Assembly: GCA_041082245.1 (NCBI GenBank)
Contig: JBDOIE010000015.1
Location: forward strand, 18,589 to 82,588
Length of the DNA stretch: 64,000 nucleotides
Source: Chloroflexia bacterium
Lineage (GTDB): Bacteria; Chloroflexota; Chloroflexia; DTKN01
Direction: 5' to 3'
Below, one piece after another: positions 8,687 through 18,588 of this stretch. The notes below the pieces were generated by a model. The model was not told where the DNA came from. It ran no database searches and saw only the letters and a list, made by a program, of their open reading frames with translations. Positions within the stretch are counted from its first letter, which is position 1. Each line of letters opens with the position of its first letter. The position numbers and the translations under genes were made by a program.

Positions 8687-10393
8687 ATGCGCAAGGGCTA
8701 CCTGGCTTTCGTACTCCATTCGCATATGCCGTATGTCCGGCAGGCCGGGCGGTGGCCTTTCGGCGAGGAGATGCTCCACGAAGCGATGGCGGAAACCTAC
8801 CTTCCCCTTCTGAACGCGTTCTACGACCTGCGCGCGGATGGTGTGCCCTTTCGGGTCACCGTCGGGATTACACCGATCCTCGGGGAGCAGCTGGCCGATG
8901 CGGAAGTCTTGGACCATTTCGAGACCTTTCTGCTGGGGGAAGTCGAGCTGGCGCACCAGGATGTGGAGCGCTTCCAGAAGGCAGAAGCGTCGGTTCCAGA
9001 TGCTCCGCATTTCCTGTACCTGGCGCGCTTCTATGAGGAGTGGTACCGCAATCTCCTCCAGGCATTCCGTGAGCGGTTCCGGCGGGATCTGATCGGGGCT
9101 TTTCACCTCCTGCAGGACGAGGGGTTCATCGACATTCTGACGAGCGCGGCGACGCACGCCTACTTGCCCCTGATGGAGCGCGATTCGACCATCTACGCGC
9201 AGCTACGCACTGGGGTCGCGAGCTACCTGCGCCATTTTGGCCGTCTTCCGAGAGGCATCTGGTTGCCCGAGTGTGCGTATCGGCCGGGCTTCCTTAAGGT
9301 CGAGGACGGGCGAGAGATCGTGAAACCGGGCCTTGAGGAGTTTCTGGCGGAGCTGAACCTGAGCTACACGTTTGTCGAGACACACGCCATCGAGCGCGGC
9401 CGGCTGACTGGGAAGGCGGTGGGCGATGTGGTGGGGCCGTACGGTGGGGTGCCGAAGCGCAAACTCGTAGTACCGCTCGAAGAAGGCCGGGAGCCGGCCG
9501 AGCGAACCACTTTCCGGCCCTATTACATCCAGGCTTCTTCCGTGGCCGTTTTCGGGCGAGATGCGCGCACGGGCAAGCAGGTGTGGTCCGCATCGGAGGG
9601 TTATCCGGGCGATTTCGTGTATCGGGAGTTTCATCGCAAGGACGATATCTCCGGCTTGCAGTACTGGCGTGTAACCGGAGATCGGGTTGACCTGGGCGAA
9701 AAGGACCTGTACGATCCGTATCACGCGTTCCACCGCGCGCAGGAGCACGCGTCGCATTTTGTGGAGGTGGTGCGGGAGCACCTGCTCGGCTACTGGGCCA
9801 GGAGCGGCCGGCCGGGGATCGTGGTTGCGGCCTACGATACGGAGCTGTTCGGCCATTGGTGGTTCGAGGGCATCAACTGGCTCAAAGAGGTCCTGGTACG
9901 TCTGGCGCGCGATCCGGATATCGAACTGAGCACTGTGGGGGAGTATCTGGAGCAGTTTCCGCCCGAGGAAGCGATCGTGTTGCCGGAGGGGTCGTGGGGC
10001 AAGGGCGGAGACCATTCTACCTGGATGAACCCGGAGACCGAGTGGATGTGGCCCCTCATCCACGACGCAGAACGGCGTATGGAGCAACTGGTGGCTCGCT
10101 TCCCGGATGCCGAGGGCGAGCGTCTGGAAGTCCTGAAGCAGGCCGGGCGCGAACTGCTCCTTCTGGAAAGCAGCGACTGGCCGTTTCTGATCGACACAGG
10201 GCAGGCGGTCGCGTACGCGACGGACCGTTTCCAGGGGCATTTGGCGCGGTTCAACCGCCTTTGCGTACTTGCGGAAAAGCCCTCTCTGGACGCTGCGGAT
10301 CGTGACTACCTTCAGGAGTGCCAGCGTTTGGACAACCCCTTCCTGAACCTGGACTACCGCGTCTTCTCGGCGCGCGAAGGGCGAGCCGGCTAA
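8687..10393 (+). CDS. Glycoside hydrolase family 57 protein, 1,4-alpha-glucan branching-enzyme-like
   Basis: N-terminus (LAFVLHSHMPYVRQAGRWPFGEEMLHEAMAETYLPLL) closely resembles GH57 branching enzymes such as the Thermus/Thermococcus type. GGCAGGAGGGA RBS. Confidence 0.8.
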   Translation: MRKGYLAFVLHSHMPYVRQAGRWPFGEEMLHEAMAETYLPLLNAFYDLRADGVPFRVTVGITPILGEQLADAEVLDHFETFLLGEVELAHQDVERFQKAEASVPDAPHFLYLARFYEEWYRNLLQAFRERFRRDLIGAFHLLQDEGFIDILTSAATHAYLPLMERDSTIYAQLRTGVASYLRHFGRLPRGIWLPECAYRPGFLKVEDGREIVKPGLEEFLAELNLSYTFVETHAIERGRLTGKAVGDVVGPYGGVPKRKLVVPLEEGREPAERTTFRPYYIQASSVAVFGRDARTGKQVWSASEGYPGDFVYREFHRKDDISGLQYWRVTGDRVDLGEKDLYDPYHAFHRAQEHASHFVEVVREHLLGYWARSGRPGIVVAAYDTELFGHWWFEGINWLKEVLVRLARDPDIELSTVGEYLEQFPPEEAIVLPEGSWGKGGDHSTWMNPETEWMWPLIHDAERRMEQLVARFPDAEGERLEVLKQAGRELLLLESSDWPFLIDTGQAVAYATDRFQGHLARFNRLCVLAEKPSLDAADRDYLQECQRLDNPFLNLDYRVFSAREGRAG

Positions 10394-10396
10394 CCG

Positions 10397-12511
10397 ATGG
10401 TAGGCTTGGGCAGTCATCCCGGGCAATCCAGCTGCTGGAAGGCCGGTAGCCGCTGCTTCTGGCCGAACGCCCTTTCGCGGTACCGGGTGTTGCCTCTTGT
10501 GCTGCTAGTGACCGCGATCTTTGTGGTGTGCGCGTACCAGTTCGACCGCATCTACACGGTGGATGCGGGTCGATACGCGGATCGTCCCTTCCTGCGAGGT
10601 TTTCATGATCGGGAGGGAGTCGACGGGCTCGAGCCTTTCCGCTGGACGGGTGCGAGGTCGGAAGTGATTTTCCCGGGGGTAGGGGCGCGGGACCGGTGGC
10701 TGCTGGTGCGGCTGGGCGGGCACGAGTACGCGGGGTTAGCGGACCGGACGGTGCGGATCGCGGTCAATGGCACTGTGATGAGCGAGGTCGTGGTGTCGAA
10801 GGGCTGGCAGGCGTACCGTTTCTGGATTCCGGCCAGCGAGCAACATCTGGGCAGCGTACGGGTTACGCTCGAAACGACGCCGTTTGTGCCAGCGGAGGTC
10901 GCTGGGGGCGAGGATGATCGCCTTGTCGGGGTGAAGGTAAGCCGCGTGGAGCTCGTGCCTATGAGCAATGGATTCTCGGCCGGCTGGCCGGCCCTCGTAC
11001 CGCTCTTGTGGTGCCTGCTCCTTGTGGCAGGGATTTACGCAGGGCTGAGCACCTGGGTCGTTTCTTGGCGAGGGGCTGCCGTGGTTGCCCTGCTTGTGGC
11101 AGCCGCTGTTGCCTGCGCGCTCAGCGTGTACCGGCTTCAGGTGGCGGCCTACCTGCCACGGCTCGTGGCAGGGATGCTGCTGGGCCTGGCGCTCGCCGCA
11201 GCTTCGGGCCGCCTAGCGCGCCTCCTGTACCGGTGGAGTGGCGTGGCCGCATCCGATCGGGACGTACGGTGGCTTCAGGCGATCTTTCTGGTTGGCTTCT
11301 GGCTGAAGGCCTGGGGCCTGCTCTACCCCAACAGTGTCGCGATCGACCTGAAGTGGCATCTCTGGCAGGCACAGCGAATCGTGGATGGAGAGCTCGCCAC
11401 GATCTACAAACCCGGGGCGCTCGCGTTCTGGATCGCGCCGGACCAGTGGGGCGGCAGCCTGGAAGCGGCCGTGCCCTATTCACCGTTCTACCACATCACT
11501 GCCGCAGCGTTCTTCTTCCTTCCATGGCCCCCGTACGTCACGGCGAACCTTCTGAGCGTTTTCCTGGATACAAGCCGCGGCTTCTTGCTCTACGGGCTCG
11601 CGAGAAAACTGGGTATGGGGAACCGCGCAGGTATCTTTGCGGCGCTGCTGTACGGCCTTTTCCCGACGACGTTCCTCCTCCATTCCTGGGGAAACGTGCC
11701 GACGACGACCGGGCTCTGGTGGGCGATTGCCGCTACGTGGTACCTTGTGGCGGGGTGGGAAAAGATGAAGCGCTGGACCGTCTGGTCCGGGCTTGTCGTC
11801 TTGCTCCTGGGCACAATGCTCTATTATAGCGTGATCGCGGCGTTCATCGTCGTCTTTTTCGTGCTCTTGCTCCTTGGGCTCTCGTGGAGCCGTAGCCTCG
11901 AAGTACGCCCGCTCGGGAGGGTCGGGCTTGCCCTGGTGGTTGCTGTAGGGCTGGCGATGGCGATCTACTACTGGCAGTACGTTCCCCCGCTCTTGCTGCT
12001 CTTGCGCTCCGGGAGACTGGGAGCAGGCCTGGGAAGCACGGCCCAGTCCGTTCCGGTGACCGTGTTCCTCTGGCGGACACTCGTGAGGATCGCTTCGCTG
12101 CGGTACGGGCTCCTCTGGCCGGCAGTGCTGGCCTTCGTGGGGCTCTGGGCGGGACGCGGCTGCTTGCGGAATCCCCTGACGCGCTGGCTGACATGGTCCT
12201 GGTTCCTGACAGGGCTGCTGTTCCTGGCAGTCGATTACCGGATCCAGCTCGTCGATAAGCATATCTTCTTCCTGATGCCGCTTCTCGCGCTGTGGGGCGG
12301 GGTCGCACTCGATTGGTTGCTGGGCAGCCGGTGCTGGGGGAAAGCAATAGTGTGGGCGACCGCTCTAGCGCTTGCGGTGGCCTCACTGCATACCTGGCTG
12401 TACCGGCTTTCGAACGTACAGCAAGAATGGACCGAAGCAGATATCCGGATTGTCGGCGAACGGCTGGCCCCGCTGATGGTCGCCGGCATCCAGCGGCTCT
12501 TGGGGCTGTAG
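10397..12511 (+). CDS. Large polytopic membrane protein (paralog A). N-terminal TM anchor plus a roughly 130-aa extracytoplasmic module, then 12 or more TM helices. GT-C-like?
   Basis: ATG lies 3 nt after the GH57 stop. Hydrophobicity profile. The N-terminal module shares conserved blocks with ORF 15882..18170 (FRWTGARSEVIFPGVG / YRWTRAEASVRLPEVG; LVGVKVSRVELVP / LGVAVERVELRAV). Confidence 0.5.
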   Translation: MVGLGSHPGQSSCWKAGSRCFWPNALSRYRVLPLVLLVTAIFVVCAYQFDRIYTVDAGRYADRPFLRGFHDREGVDGLEPFRWTGARSEVIFPGVGARDRWLLVRLGGHEYAGLADRTVRIAVNGTVMSEVVVSKGWQAYRFWIPASEQHLGSVRVTLETTPFVPAEVAGGEDDRLVGVKVSRVELVPMSNGFSAGWPALVPLLWCLLLVAGIYAGLSTWVVSWRGAAVVALLVAAAVACALSVYRLQVAAYLPRLVAGMLLGLALAAASGRLARLLYRWSGVAASDRDVRWLQAIFLVGFWLKAWGLLYPNSVAIDLKWHLWQAQRIVDGELATIYKPGALAFWIAPDQWGGSLEAAVPYSPFYHITAAAFFFLPWPPYVTANLLSVFLDTSRGFLLYGLARKLGMGNRAGIFAALLYGLFPTTFLLHSWGNVPTTTGLWWAIAATWYLVAGWEKMKRWTVWSGLVVLLLGTMLYYSVIAAFIVVFFVLLLLGLSWSRSLEVRPLGRVGLALVVAVGLAMAIYYWQYVPPLLLLLRSGRLGAGLGSTAQSVPVTVFLWRTLVRIASLRYGLLWPAVLAFVGLWAGRGCLRNPLTRWLTWSWFLTGLLFLAVDYRIQLVDKHIFFLMPLLALWGGVALDWLLGSRCWGKAIVWATALALAVASLHTWLYRLSNVQQEWTEADIRIVGERLAPLMVAGIQRLLGL

Positions 12512-12513
12512 CG

Positions 12514-14010
12514 ATGCGCGTGTGGCCGAGAAGCGCGGTAGACCGGCTGACTAGCTTCTGGAACAGGCTCGAACGCCACGCGGGTCTCCTGTTGGCGCTG
12601 ATGCTCGTGGGCTATGGGTTGCTGTTCAGCGCAGCCTCGATCTACAAACTGTACACCTTGCGGCAGGGTTTCGACCTTGCGGGCAACGAGCAGACGATCT
12701 GGAACACCATGCACGGCCGGTTCTTCCGGACCTCGGTGTTCGCGATGATGGATTATGACTTCGATGACGGACCGGTGCTCCTGGAGATCCCGCTCGCGGC
12801 CCTGTACGCGCTCTGTCCGTCCACGTCTACGCTGCTCGTACTGCAAACGCTGGCGATCGTTCTGGGGGCGTTGCCGCTCTACGGTCTGGTCCGCGACCTG
12901 TGGGGCCGGCGGGTGCCAGGGTTGATCGCAGCAGCGCTCTATCTGCTGCACCCGACGGTCCAGCACATCAACCTCTACGAGTTCCAGTACCGCTCTTTTT
13001 CGATGGCCTTTGCGCTCGCTGCCTTCTACTTCTTCGAACGCCGTCGCTGGGGTTGGTGGGCGCTTTTTCTCCTGCTCGCGATGGCGACCAAGACCGAGTC
13101 CGCGCTTTTTGCGGTCGCCTTCGGAGTGTACGCTTTGCTTCGTAAACGTCGGTGGCCGTACGTGGTCCCGCCGATCGTCGTGGGCGCTGCTTGGTTCTAC
13201 ATCGCCCTGTTTGTCGTTGTCCCGCACTTTACACACGGGAATGGCAGTTTCGTCGCCGGCATCTACAGCTACGGCTACCTGGGCAATACGCTGGGCGAAG
13301 TGGTCCGTACCTTTGTGACGCGGCCGGTGTTCGTGCTTTCCGTACTCTTTCAGCCGCTCAAGGTACGGTTCCTCCTCTCCTTCCTGTTCCTTTCGGCGTT
13401 CTTGCCGATCCTTGCGCCGGGGCCGCTTCTGCCGGCTGCTCCGATCTTCCTGCTGAACCTGCTTTCCCCAAACCCGGTACAGTTCAGCCTCTACTACCAG
13501 TACCAGGGGCTGACGCTGCCCGCAGTGCTCGTATCTGCGTGGTATGGACTGGATCGCCTGCTTCGCTTCGGCCGGCGGCGGCTGGGGTGGGAGGGGGAAC
13601 GCGCTCGTTCGATTGCCCTCTGCTTGCTGCTCGTGTTCGGCCTGTTGAACTGCGTGCTGTGGAAAAACGCCCTGTGGAGTACGGTACGCAACCGGGATAC
13701 CGCGCAGCGGATTGCCGATGCGCGCGCGGTGCTGGCCCAGGTACCGCCCGATGCTCCGGTTGCGGCCAGCAGTTTTCTCGCTCCCTTCCTGGCACAGCGC
13801 GAAGGCCTCTACTTCTTTCCCGGCAACCGGTCCTATCCGGAGGCGTACATCGCCCGCGCCGAGTACATCGTGACGGACACCTCCGATCTTCTCCCACCGC
13901 GCGGCCGCGAACTGCTGGCTGCCTACCGCCAGAGCGGGGAGTGGGAAGTGGTCGTGCAGCGGGGCGACTTCTTACTACTGCGGCGGGTGCGCCCGTCGCC
14001 GCAGCCGTGA
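12514..14010 (+). CDS. DUF2079-like integral membrane protein (GT-C-type glycosyltransferase-like)
   Basis: ATG at 12514 lies 2 nt after the previous stop. Multi-TM protein with an acidic first-loop motif (YDFDDGPV). Family recalled from memory. Confidence 0.45.
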   Translation: MRVWPRSAVDRLTSFWNRLERHAGLLLALMLVGYGLLFSAASIYKLYTLRQGFDLAGNEQTIWNTMHGRFFRTSVFAMMDYDFDDGPVLLEIPLAALYALCPSTSTLLVLQTLAIVLGALPLYGLVRDLWGRRVPGLIAAALYLLHPTVQHINLYEFQYRSFSMAFALAAFYFFERRRWGWWALFLLLAMATKTESALFAVAFGVYALLRKRRWPYVVPPIVVGAAWFYIALFVVVPHFTHGNGSFVAGIYSYGYLGNTLGEVVRTFVTRPVFVLSVLFQPLKVRFLLSFLFLSAFLPILAPGPLLPAAPIFLLNLLSPNPVQFSLYYQYQGLTLPAVLVSAWYGLDRLLRFGRRRLGWEGERARSIALCLLLVFGLLNCVLWKNALWSTVRNRDTAQRIADARAVLAQVPPDAPVAASSFLAPFLAQREGLYFFPGNRSYPEAYIARAEYIVTDTSDLLPPRGRELLAAYRQSGEWEVVVQRGDFLLLRRVRPSPQP

Positions 14011-14044
14011 CGCGGGCGCTTTTGGATTCGGAGCGAGGCGCAAC

Positions 14045-15736
14045 GTGGACGAAACCAACCACACGCCGCTTTCACGTCAGGTTGCGGGAGCGATGTTCTG
14101 GAACGTGATGCTCTTCCCGCTCAAGTTTGTGGTCGGCGTGGCCGTGGGCATCGTCGTGCCGAACCTCCTGGGGCTGGAGCGCTACGGTCTTTACATTCTG
14201 CTTGTTTCTTTGGCAAGTACCCTGGGAAGCTATGCGGACCTGGGGATGGAGCGCGCTTTGCCACGCTACATTCCCGAGGTCGCGCACCATTTCGGACGCG
14301 CGGGACTGCGCCGCTTCCTGCGCGAAGTCGTCGTGGTCAAACTGGGCTTGCTGCTCCTGCTCCTCCTGGGCCTGCAGCTGTTCTCCGGTCCGCTCCAGGG
14401 GTATGTGCGGGGCAACGAATTGCGCAAGATCGCCTCGATCGACCTTCAGCTGCAGCAGGAAAGCGATCCGGTGCGACGCGAACGCCTGCTTGCTGAGCGG
14501 AGTGCGCACGAGCAGCTGATCGCCCGGTTGGAGCGCGAGGGCCGGCTGTACCTCTGGACAATCGGCGCAATGCTCCTTCTGGGGGCGGTTTTCGATGTCT
14601 TGACGCGCCTCCTCGTGGCCTACTTCAGGCAACGGGCCACAAACGCGATCGATGTGGGGTTGGCAGTGCTGCAACCGCTGCTCATCATCGTGTTGGTCCT
14701 GGCCGGCTGGGACATGAAAGGGATCCTGGTTGCCCTGGTCGTCACACCGATCGTCGGGGTGGCGCTTGCCGCCTGGCGTGCACGGCAGGCGATGGTGGCG
14801 CTGCCGGAAGGCACCGCAACGGCAGATCGGTGGTGGCATCGCGTCTGGAGACGTTTCCTTGCCTTCTCGGCGATCTCCTACCTGATCAACCTCAGCACAT
14901 GGCTGTACGACCTCGCCTTCCTGAGCCTGGTCACGGCGGCATACCTGGGCACAGCGGACGTAGCGGCCCTGGGGGTGGCAAGCAAGTTTGTGGGCCTCTT
15001 TCTGACCTACCTGATGGTACCGTTGAGCGGGATCCAGGTACCGCTCTTCGCCCATCTGTACGCGCGGAAAGGCCTGCAGGAGCTCCAGCAGGCGTTCGAG
15101 GTCCTGAGCCAGTTCCTGCTCCTCCTGCTTGTGCCCACGGGCGTCGGACTTGCGCTGCTGTCCCCGTCTCTGGTTCCGCTGCTCTACCCCGGGTTTCCCC
15201 GGAGCACGGGCGTACTCGTGATCATCCTCATCGCGGCGATGTTCCTGGAAACGCTGATCGGGACACCCCAGAACATCCTGCAGGTCTACGAGCGCTACGG
15301 GATCGTGGTCCTCGGCCGGCTCCTTGCTCTGGTCGTGGTACCGCTGCTTTACCTATGGGTGCCGCGGTACGGGCTGATCGGCGCAGTCGGGGCGGCGAGT
15401 GTGGCGCGCGTGGCTTCGCGGGCGGTAACTTTCTGCTACAGCCTGCGGGCTTTCCCGCTGCACTTTCCCTGGCGGTTTGCCGCGCGGGTGAGTTGTGCCA
15501 CGGCGACCATGCTGGCCGTCCTCTACCCCCTGACCCTATGGTTGAGGATCACCCAGATCGGGAGCGGCTGGGGAGGGCGCCTCGCCGTGCTGGCGAAGGA
15601 CCTGGGCCTCACAGCGCTCGGAGGTGTAGTGTTCTTCGGCGTGCTCCGCCTGCTCGGCGGTCTCGACCCGGCGTTGCGGAATCGTCTGAACGAACTGCGT
15701 TTCCCGCTGAAAGAGCGGATCCTGCGTTTCCTCTAG
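14045..15736 (+). CDS. MOP/Wzx-like polysaccharide (lipid-linked oligosaccharide) flippase
   Basis: About 14 TM helices with the typical polysaccharide-biosynthesis-protein architecture. Start is a GTG at 14045 with a GGAG/GAGG RBS; an alternative ATG lies at 14093. Confidence 0.55.
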   Translation: MDETNHTPLSRQVAGAMFWNVMLFPLKFVVGVAVGIVVPNLLGLERYGLYILLVSLASTLGSYADLGMERALPRYIPEVAHHFGRAGLRRFLREVVVVKLGLLLLLLLGLQLFSGPLQGYVRGNELRKIASIDLQLQQESDPVRRERLLAERSAHEQLIARLEREGRLYLWTIGAMLLLGAVFDVLTRLLVAYFRQRATNAIDVGLAVLQPLLIIVLVLAGWDMKGILVALVVTPIVGVALAAWRARQAMVALPEGTATADRWWHRVWRRFLAFSAISYLINLSTWLYDLAFLSLVTAAYLGTADVAALGVASKFVGLFLTYLMVPLSGIQVPLFAHLYARKGLQELQQAFEVLSQFLLLLLVPTGVGLALLSPSLVPLLYPGFPRSTGVLVIILIAAMFLETLIGTPQNILQVYERYGIVVLGRLLALVVVPLLYLWVPRYGLIGAVGAASVARVASRAVTFCYSLRAFPLHFPWRFAARVSCATATMLAVLYPLTLWLRITQIGSGWGGRLAVLAKDLGLTALGGVVFFGVLRLLGGLDPALRNRLNELRFPLKERILRFL

Positions 15737-15808
15737 GAGGGCGCTGGCGTTCGCGTACAACCCTGCTGCGCTCGGCTGTTCCGGGGAAACTTCTGGCATA
15801 GAGCGCGC

Positions 15809-15837
15809 TTGCCCGCGGCGTGTGCGGGTGGTATAAT
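15809..15837 (+). promoter_or_regulatory. Sigma70-like promoter: TTGCCC, 17 bp, TATAAT (TG-extended), upstream of the paralog B membrane gene
   Basis: Read directly from the sequence. The -10 hexamer is 44 nt upstream of the ATG at 15882. Confidence 0.5.
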
Positions 15838-15881
15838 CCGGCGCTGATTGTGCACCCGATGGGAAAAGCGAAGGTCGTGCG

Positions 15882-18170
15882 ATGCGGGAAAGGCTCACGC
15901 GCACAGAGGCTGGCTCGATTGCCCGCGCACGCATACTGTGGCCGGTCCTCCTCCTTGTGGCGGGCGTAGCGGGTCTCCTTGTGGCGTTCCAGATGCGTCC
16001 GCCCGTTGTCGTACGGGTGGGGGAAGCGGCATCCGAGCCTCTGCTCAAGAATTTCCACGCTCCCGAAGCGACGGGGGGCCGCGCGTACCGCTGGACGCGC
16101 GCCGAAGCGAGCGTTCGGTTGCCCGAGGTGGGCCTGCCCGCGCCCTGGGAACTCGTGCTGTACCTGTCCGGACAGCCTGATCGAACCATCCCGCTGTTTC
16201 TCGCCGTGGACGGGGACGAGGTGGGGCGGCTGGACATCGCTTCCAGGAGCGGTGTCTATTCCCTCGTTCTGTCCGGTAAGTCTTCTCCCTTCGCTCATTC
16301 CGTCGAATTGGAGCTGCGTACGTCGGCGTTCTCTCCCCCCAACGACCCCCGGGAGCTCGGAGTGGCCGTGGAGCGGGTCGAACTGCGGGCGGTCGGCCAC
16401 GGGCCCCGGGGGATTGCGCTGGGGCCGTCCCTGCTGTTCCTGGGACTCTCGTTGCTGTCCTACGCGGGCTTCGCGCGCCTGAGCGGGAGCCGTCTGGGCG
16501 GACTTGTCGCTGGGGGGATGGTACTGGGGTTTGCCTGCGTGGGGGTGCAGAGGTACTGGCCCACACAGCAATTCCGCCCGTTCCCGTGGGCCGCGGTGAT
16601 CGGCTCGGTCTCTCTCGCAGGCCTCGTGTACGGACCCGCGGTGCGTCGCGATCTTGCGGCGATGTCCCGTACAATGGCGGCCGGCCGTCTCGCGCTCCCC
16701 CGGGCAAGGACGATAGCCACCTCCCGGGGATGGCTCTGGGCAATGGCCGCGGGTGCGTGCCTGGTCCTTGGCCTTCACCTTGCGGCCCCGTGGCTGCCTG
16801 TGGAACAGGGTCCGTACGAGAACCTGTCCTGGGGAGTCCGTTTCTACGGGCGCCTTCCAGTCGGGTGGCGCTGGGGCGGGGTACTCGCGGCGGCCGCGGT
16901 CTGTCTGGGGTCCGGGCCGTTGGCCCGTGCCCTGCTCGGGCTCTCTTTCCGGACGCGCCATTACCGGGTACGGAGTGCTCTCGTGGCAGCGGCGCTGGCC
17001 GCTTTGCTTGCAATAGCCTGTTTCTGGCTGCTGCGTACCCGCTGCTTCTATGGCGACTGGGAAGAGATCGTGGAGGACATTGCGCTGGGAGCGCTCTGGC
17101 GGGAACGGAGTCCGGTCGATTTCCTGCTCCGGGCTGGCTTGGGGCGGGCGCTAGCGGCGCAATGGCCCGCCTGGCTGCGGGTAGCTCCGCCCCTCTCGCG
17201 ATGCCTTGTGCAGCCGGTGGCGGCAACGGACGCTTTTCCGGCTCTGCGCGGTGCGCTTGGCGTACTCAGCTGCATTGTTGGCGGGGTGTTCGTCGCGGGA
17301 GCCTCAGGGCTCGGCGCGGCGCTGTTCCCACAGCGGCTGGAGCGTTCGTTCTTTGTGCTCCTCCTGGTCGCACAGGGGACGGCGTTGCTCTTTGCAGGCT
17401 ACATCGAGATGTACACGATGGTTACGGCGGCGCTGGCCGTGTTTCTGCTCTCCGGGGTCCTCGCGTTACAGCGCCGTATCGGGTATGTGTGGTCCGTGTG
17501 GGCTTTCGCGCTGGCCGTGGTGACGCACCTGCAGGCGGTGTACCTGGCGCCCGCGCTGCTCTATGTGGTGTGGAATGCGGTTGCAGAAGGCCGCCGAGCA
17601 CGTATCCGGGCGGTGCTCGGTGCGGTGCTTGCGGGACTGCTGCTGCTTGCCCTTGTATCGGGAATCTTCCTCTTGCTCGGCTATGACCCAGGGAGGTTGA
17701 CCTGGGCATCCCGCGGGCTCGGGGGCGTGGACGGGGTTTTCCTCAAGCACCTCCTGCGGCCAGCCCCAGAAGCGCACGAACCGTACCCGATCCTGTCCTG
17801 GGAACACTTGCGCGCTGTACTGAACCAGCAGCTACTGGCCGCGCCGCTTTCGCTGTTTGCCCTGGTCGCAACGGTAGCCGCTTTCGGGCGGCGGTGGCGA
17901 GCGCTCCTTGCGGACCGGATCCTGGTCTTTCTGCTGCTCGCTACGGTGCCTGCCCTTCTCTTCACCTGGGTATACAACCCGGACCTGGGGGCGCGCCAGG
18001 ACTGGGACCTCCTGGCGCCACCGTTCGTGCTCCTGACGGCGACCGCGGCCTACCTGATCCTTGGGCGCGTGCGGCCGGCCGGGGCGCGCTTGAGCGGGGC
18101 GATCGTCTGGCTATCCGTTTCCCTCCTGCATACCCTTTCCTGGCTCTGGCTCAACCACCTTGGGCTGTAG
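15882..18170 (+). CDS. Large polytopic membrane protein (paralog B) sharing the N-terminal extracytoplasmic module of paralog A
   Basis: ATG at 15882. A TM anchor and a conserved module are followed by 14 or more TM helices. See paralog A for the shared motifs. Confidence 0.5.
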   Translation: MRERLTRTEAGSIARARILWPVLLLVAGVAGLLVAFQMRPPVVVRVGEAASEPLLKNFHAPEATGGRAYRWTRAEASVRLPEVGLPAPWELVLYLSGQPDRTIPLFLAVDGDEVGRLDIASRSGVYSLVLSGKSSPFAHSVELELRTSAFSPPNDPRELGVAVERVELRAVGHGPRGIALGPSLLFLGLSLLSYAGFARLSGSRLGGLVAGGMVLGFACVGVQRYWPTQQFRPFPWAAVIGSVSLAGLVYGPAVRRDLAAMSRTMAAGRLALPRARTIATSRGWLWAMAAGACLVLGLHLAAPWLPVEQGPYENLSWGVRFYGRLPVGWRWGGVLAAAAVCLGSGPLARALLGLSFRTRHYRVRSALVAAALAALLAIACFWLLRTRCFYGDWEEIVEDIALGALWRERSPVDFLLRAGLGRALAAQWPAWLRVAPPLSRCLVQPVAATDAFPALRGALGVLSCIVGGVFVAGASGLGAALFPQRLERSFFVLLLVAQGTALLFAGYIEMYTMVTAALAVFLLSGVLALQRRIGYVWSVWAFALAVVTHLQAVYLAPALLYVVWNAVAEGRRARIRAVLGAVLAGLLLLALVSGIFLLLGYDPGRLTWASRGLGGVDGVFLKHLLRPAPEAHEPYPILSWEHLRAVLNQQLLAAPLSLFALVATVAAFGRRWRALLADRILVFLLLATVPALLFTWVYNPDLGARQDWDLLAPPFVLLTATAAYLILGRVRPAGARLSGAIVWLSVSLLHTLSWLWLNHLGL

Positions 18171-18317
18171 CAGAGGGGCTGTGGACCCGGTTCCCTTGGA
18201 CAGACGTTTTTCGAGTACGGCGCTTCTGCACTCCGGACGTGAACCGTCCCTCACAATTGGCCGGTGCGTCTCCCGGCTGTCCGTCCCGCTGCTCGGCCGG
18301 TCCGGCCCATCCGCGCT

Positions 18318-18572
18318 CTAACGTGTCGAGAAGCGCCGCACCGGGATGTCGGCCACGAGTCGGTCCTGGCGCTCGGTGCGCGTGATTTTGACATCGATGT
18401 GCTCGGCATCGATCTCCACGTACTTGGAGATCACGGCGATGATCTCGCTCTTCAGCGTTTCCAGAAGCTGCGGCGAAAAGCCGCGGTCGTGCACAAGCAC
18501 GAGCTGCAGACGCTCTTTCGCGATCGCGGAGCTCTTTGGGCGTCGCTGGAACATGCTGCGTACCAGATCCAC
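18318..18572 (-). CDS. minE: Cell division topological specificity factor MinE
   Basis: 84 aa, GTG start. Typical MinE N-terminus (FQRRPKSSAIAKERLQLVLVHDR). Confidence 0.85.
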   Translation of the reverse strand: MDLVRSMFQRRPKSSAIAKERLQLVLVHDRGFSPQLLETLKSEIIAVISKYVEIDAEHIDVKITRTERQDRLVADIPVRRFSTR

Positions 18573-18588
18573 GGCTCGTCCTCCCTGT

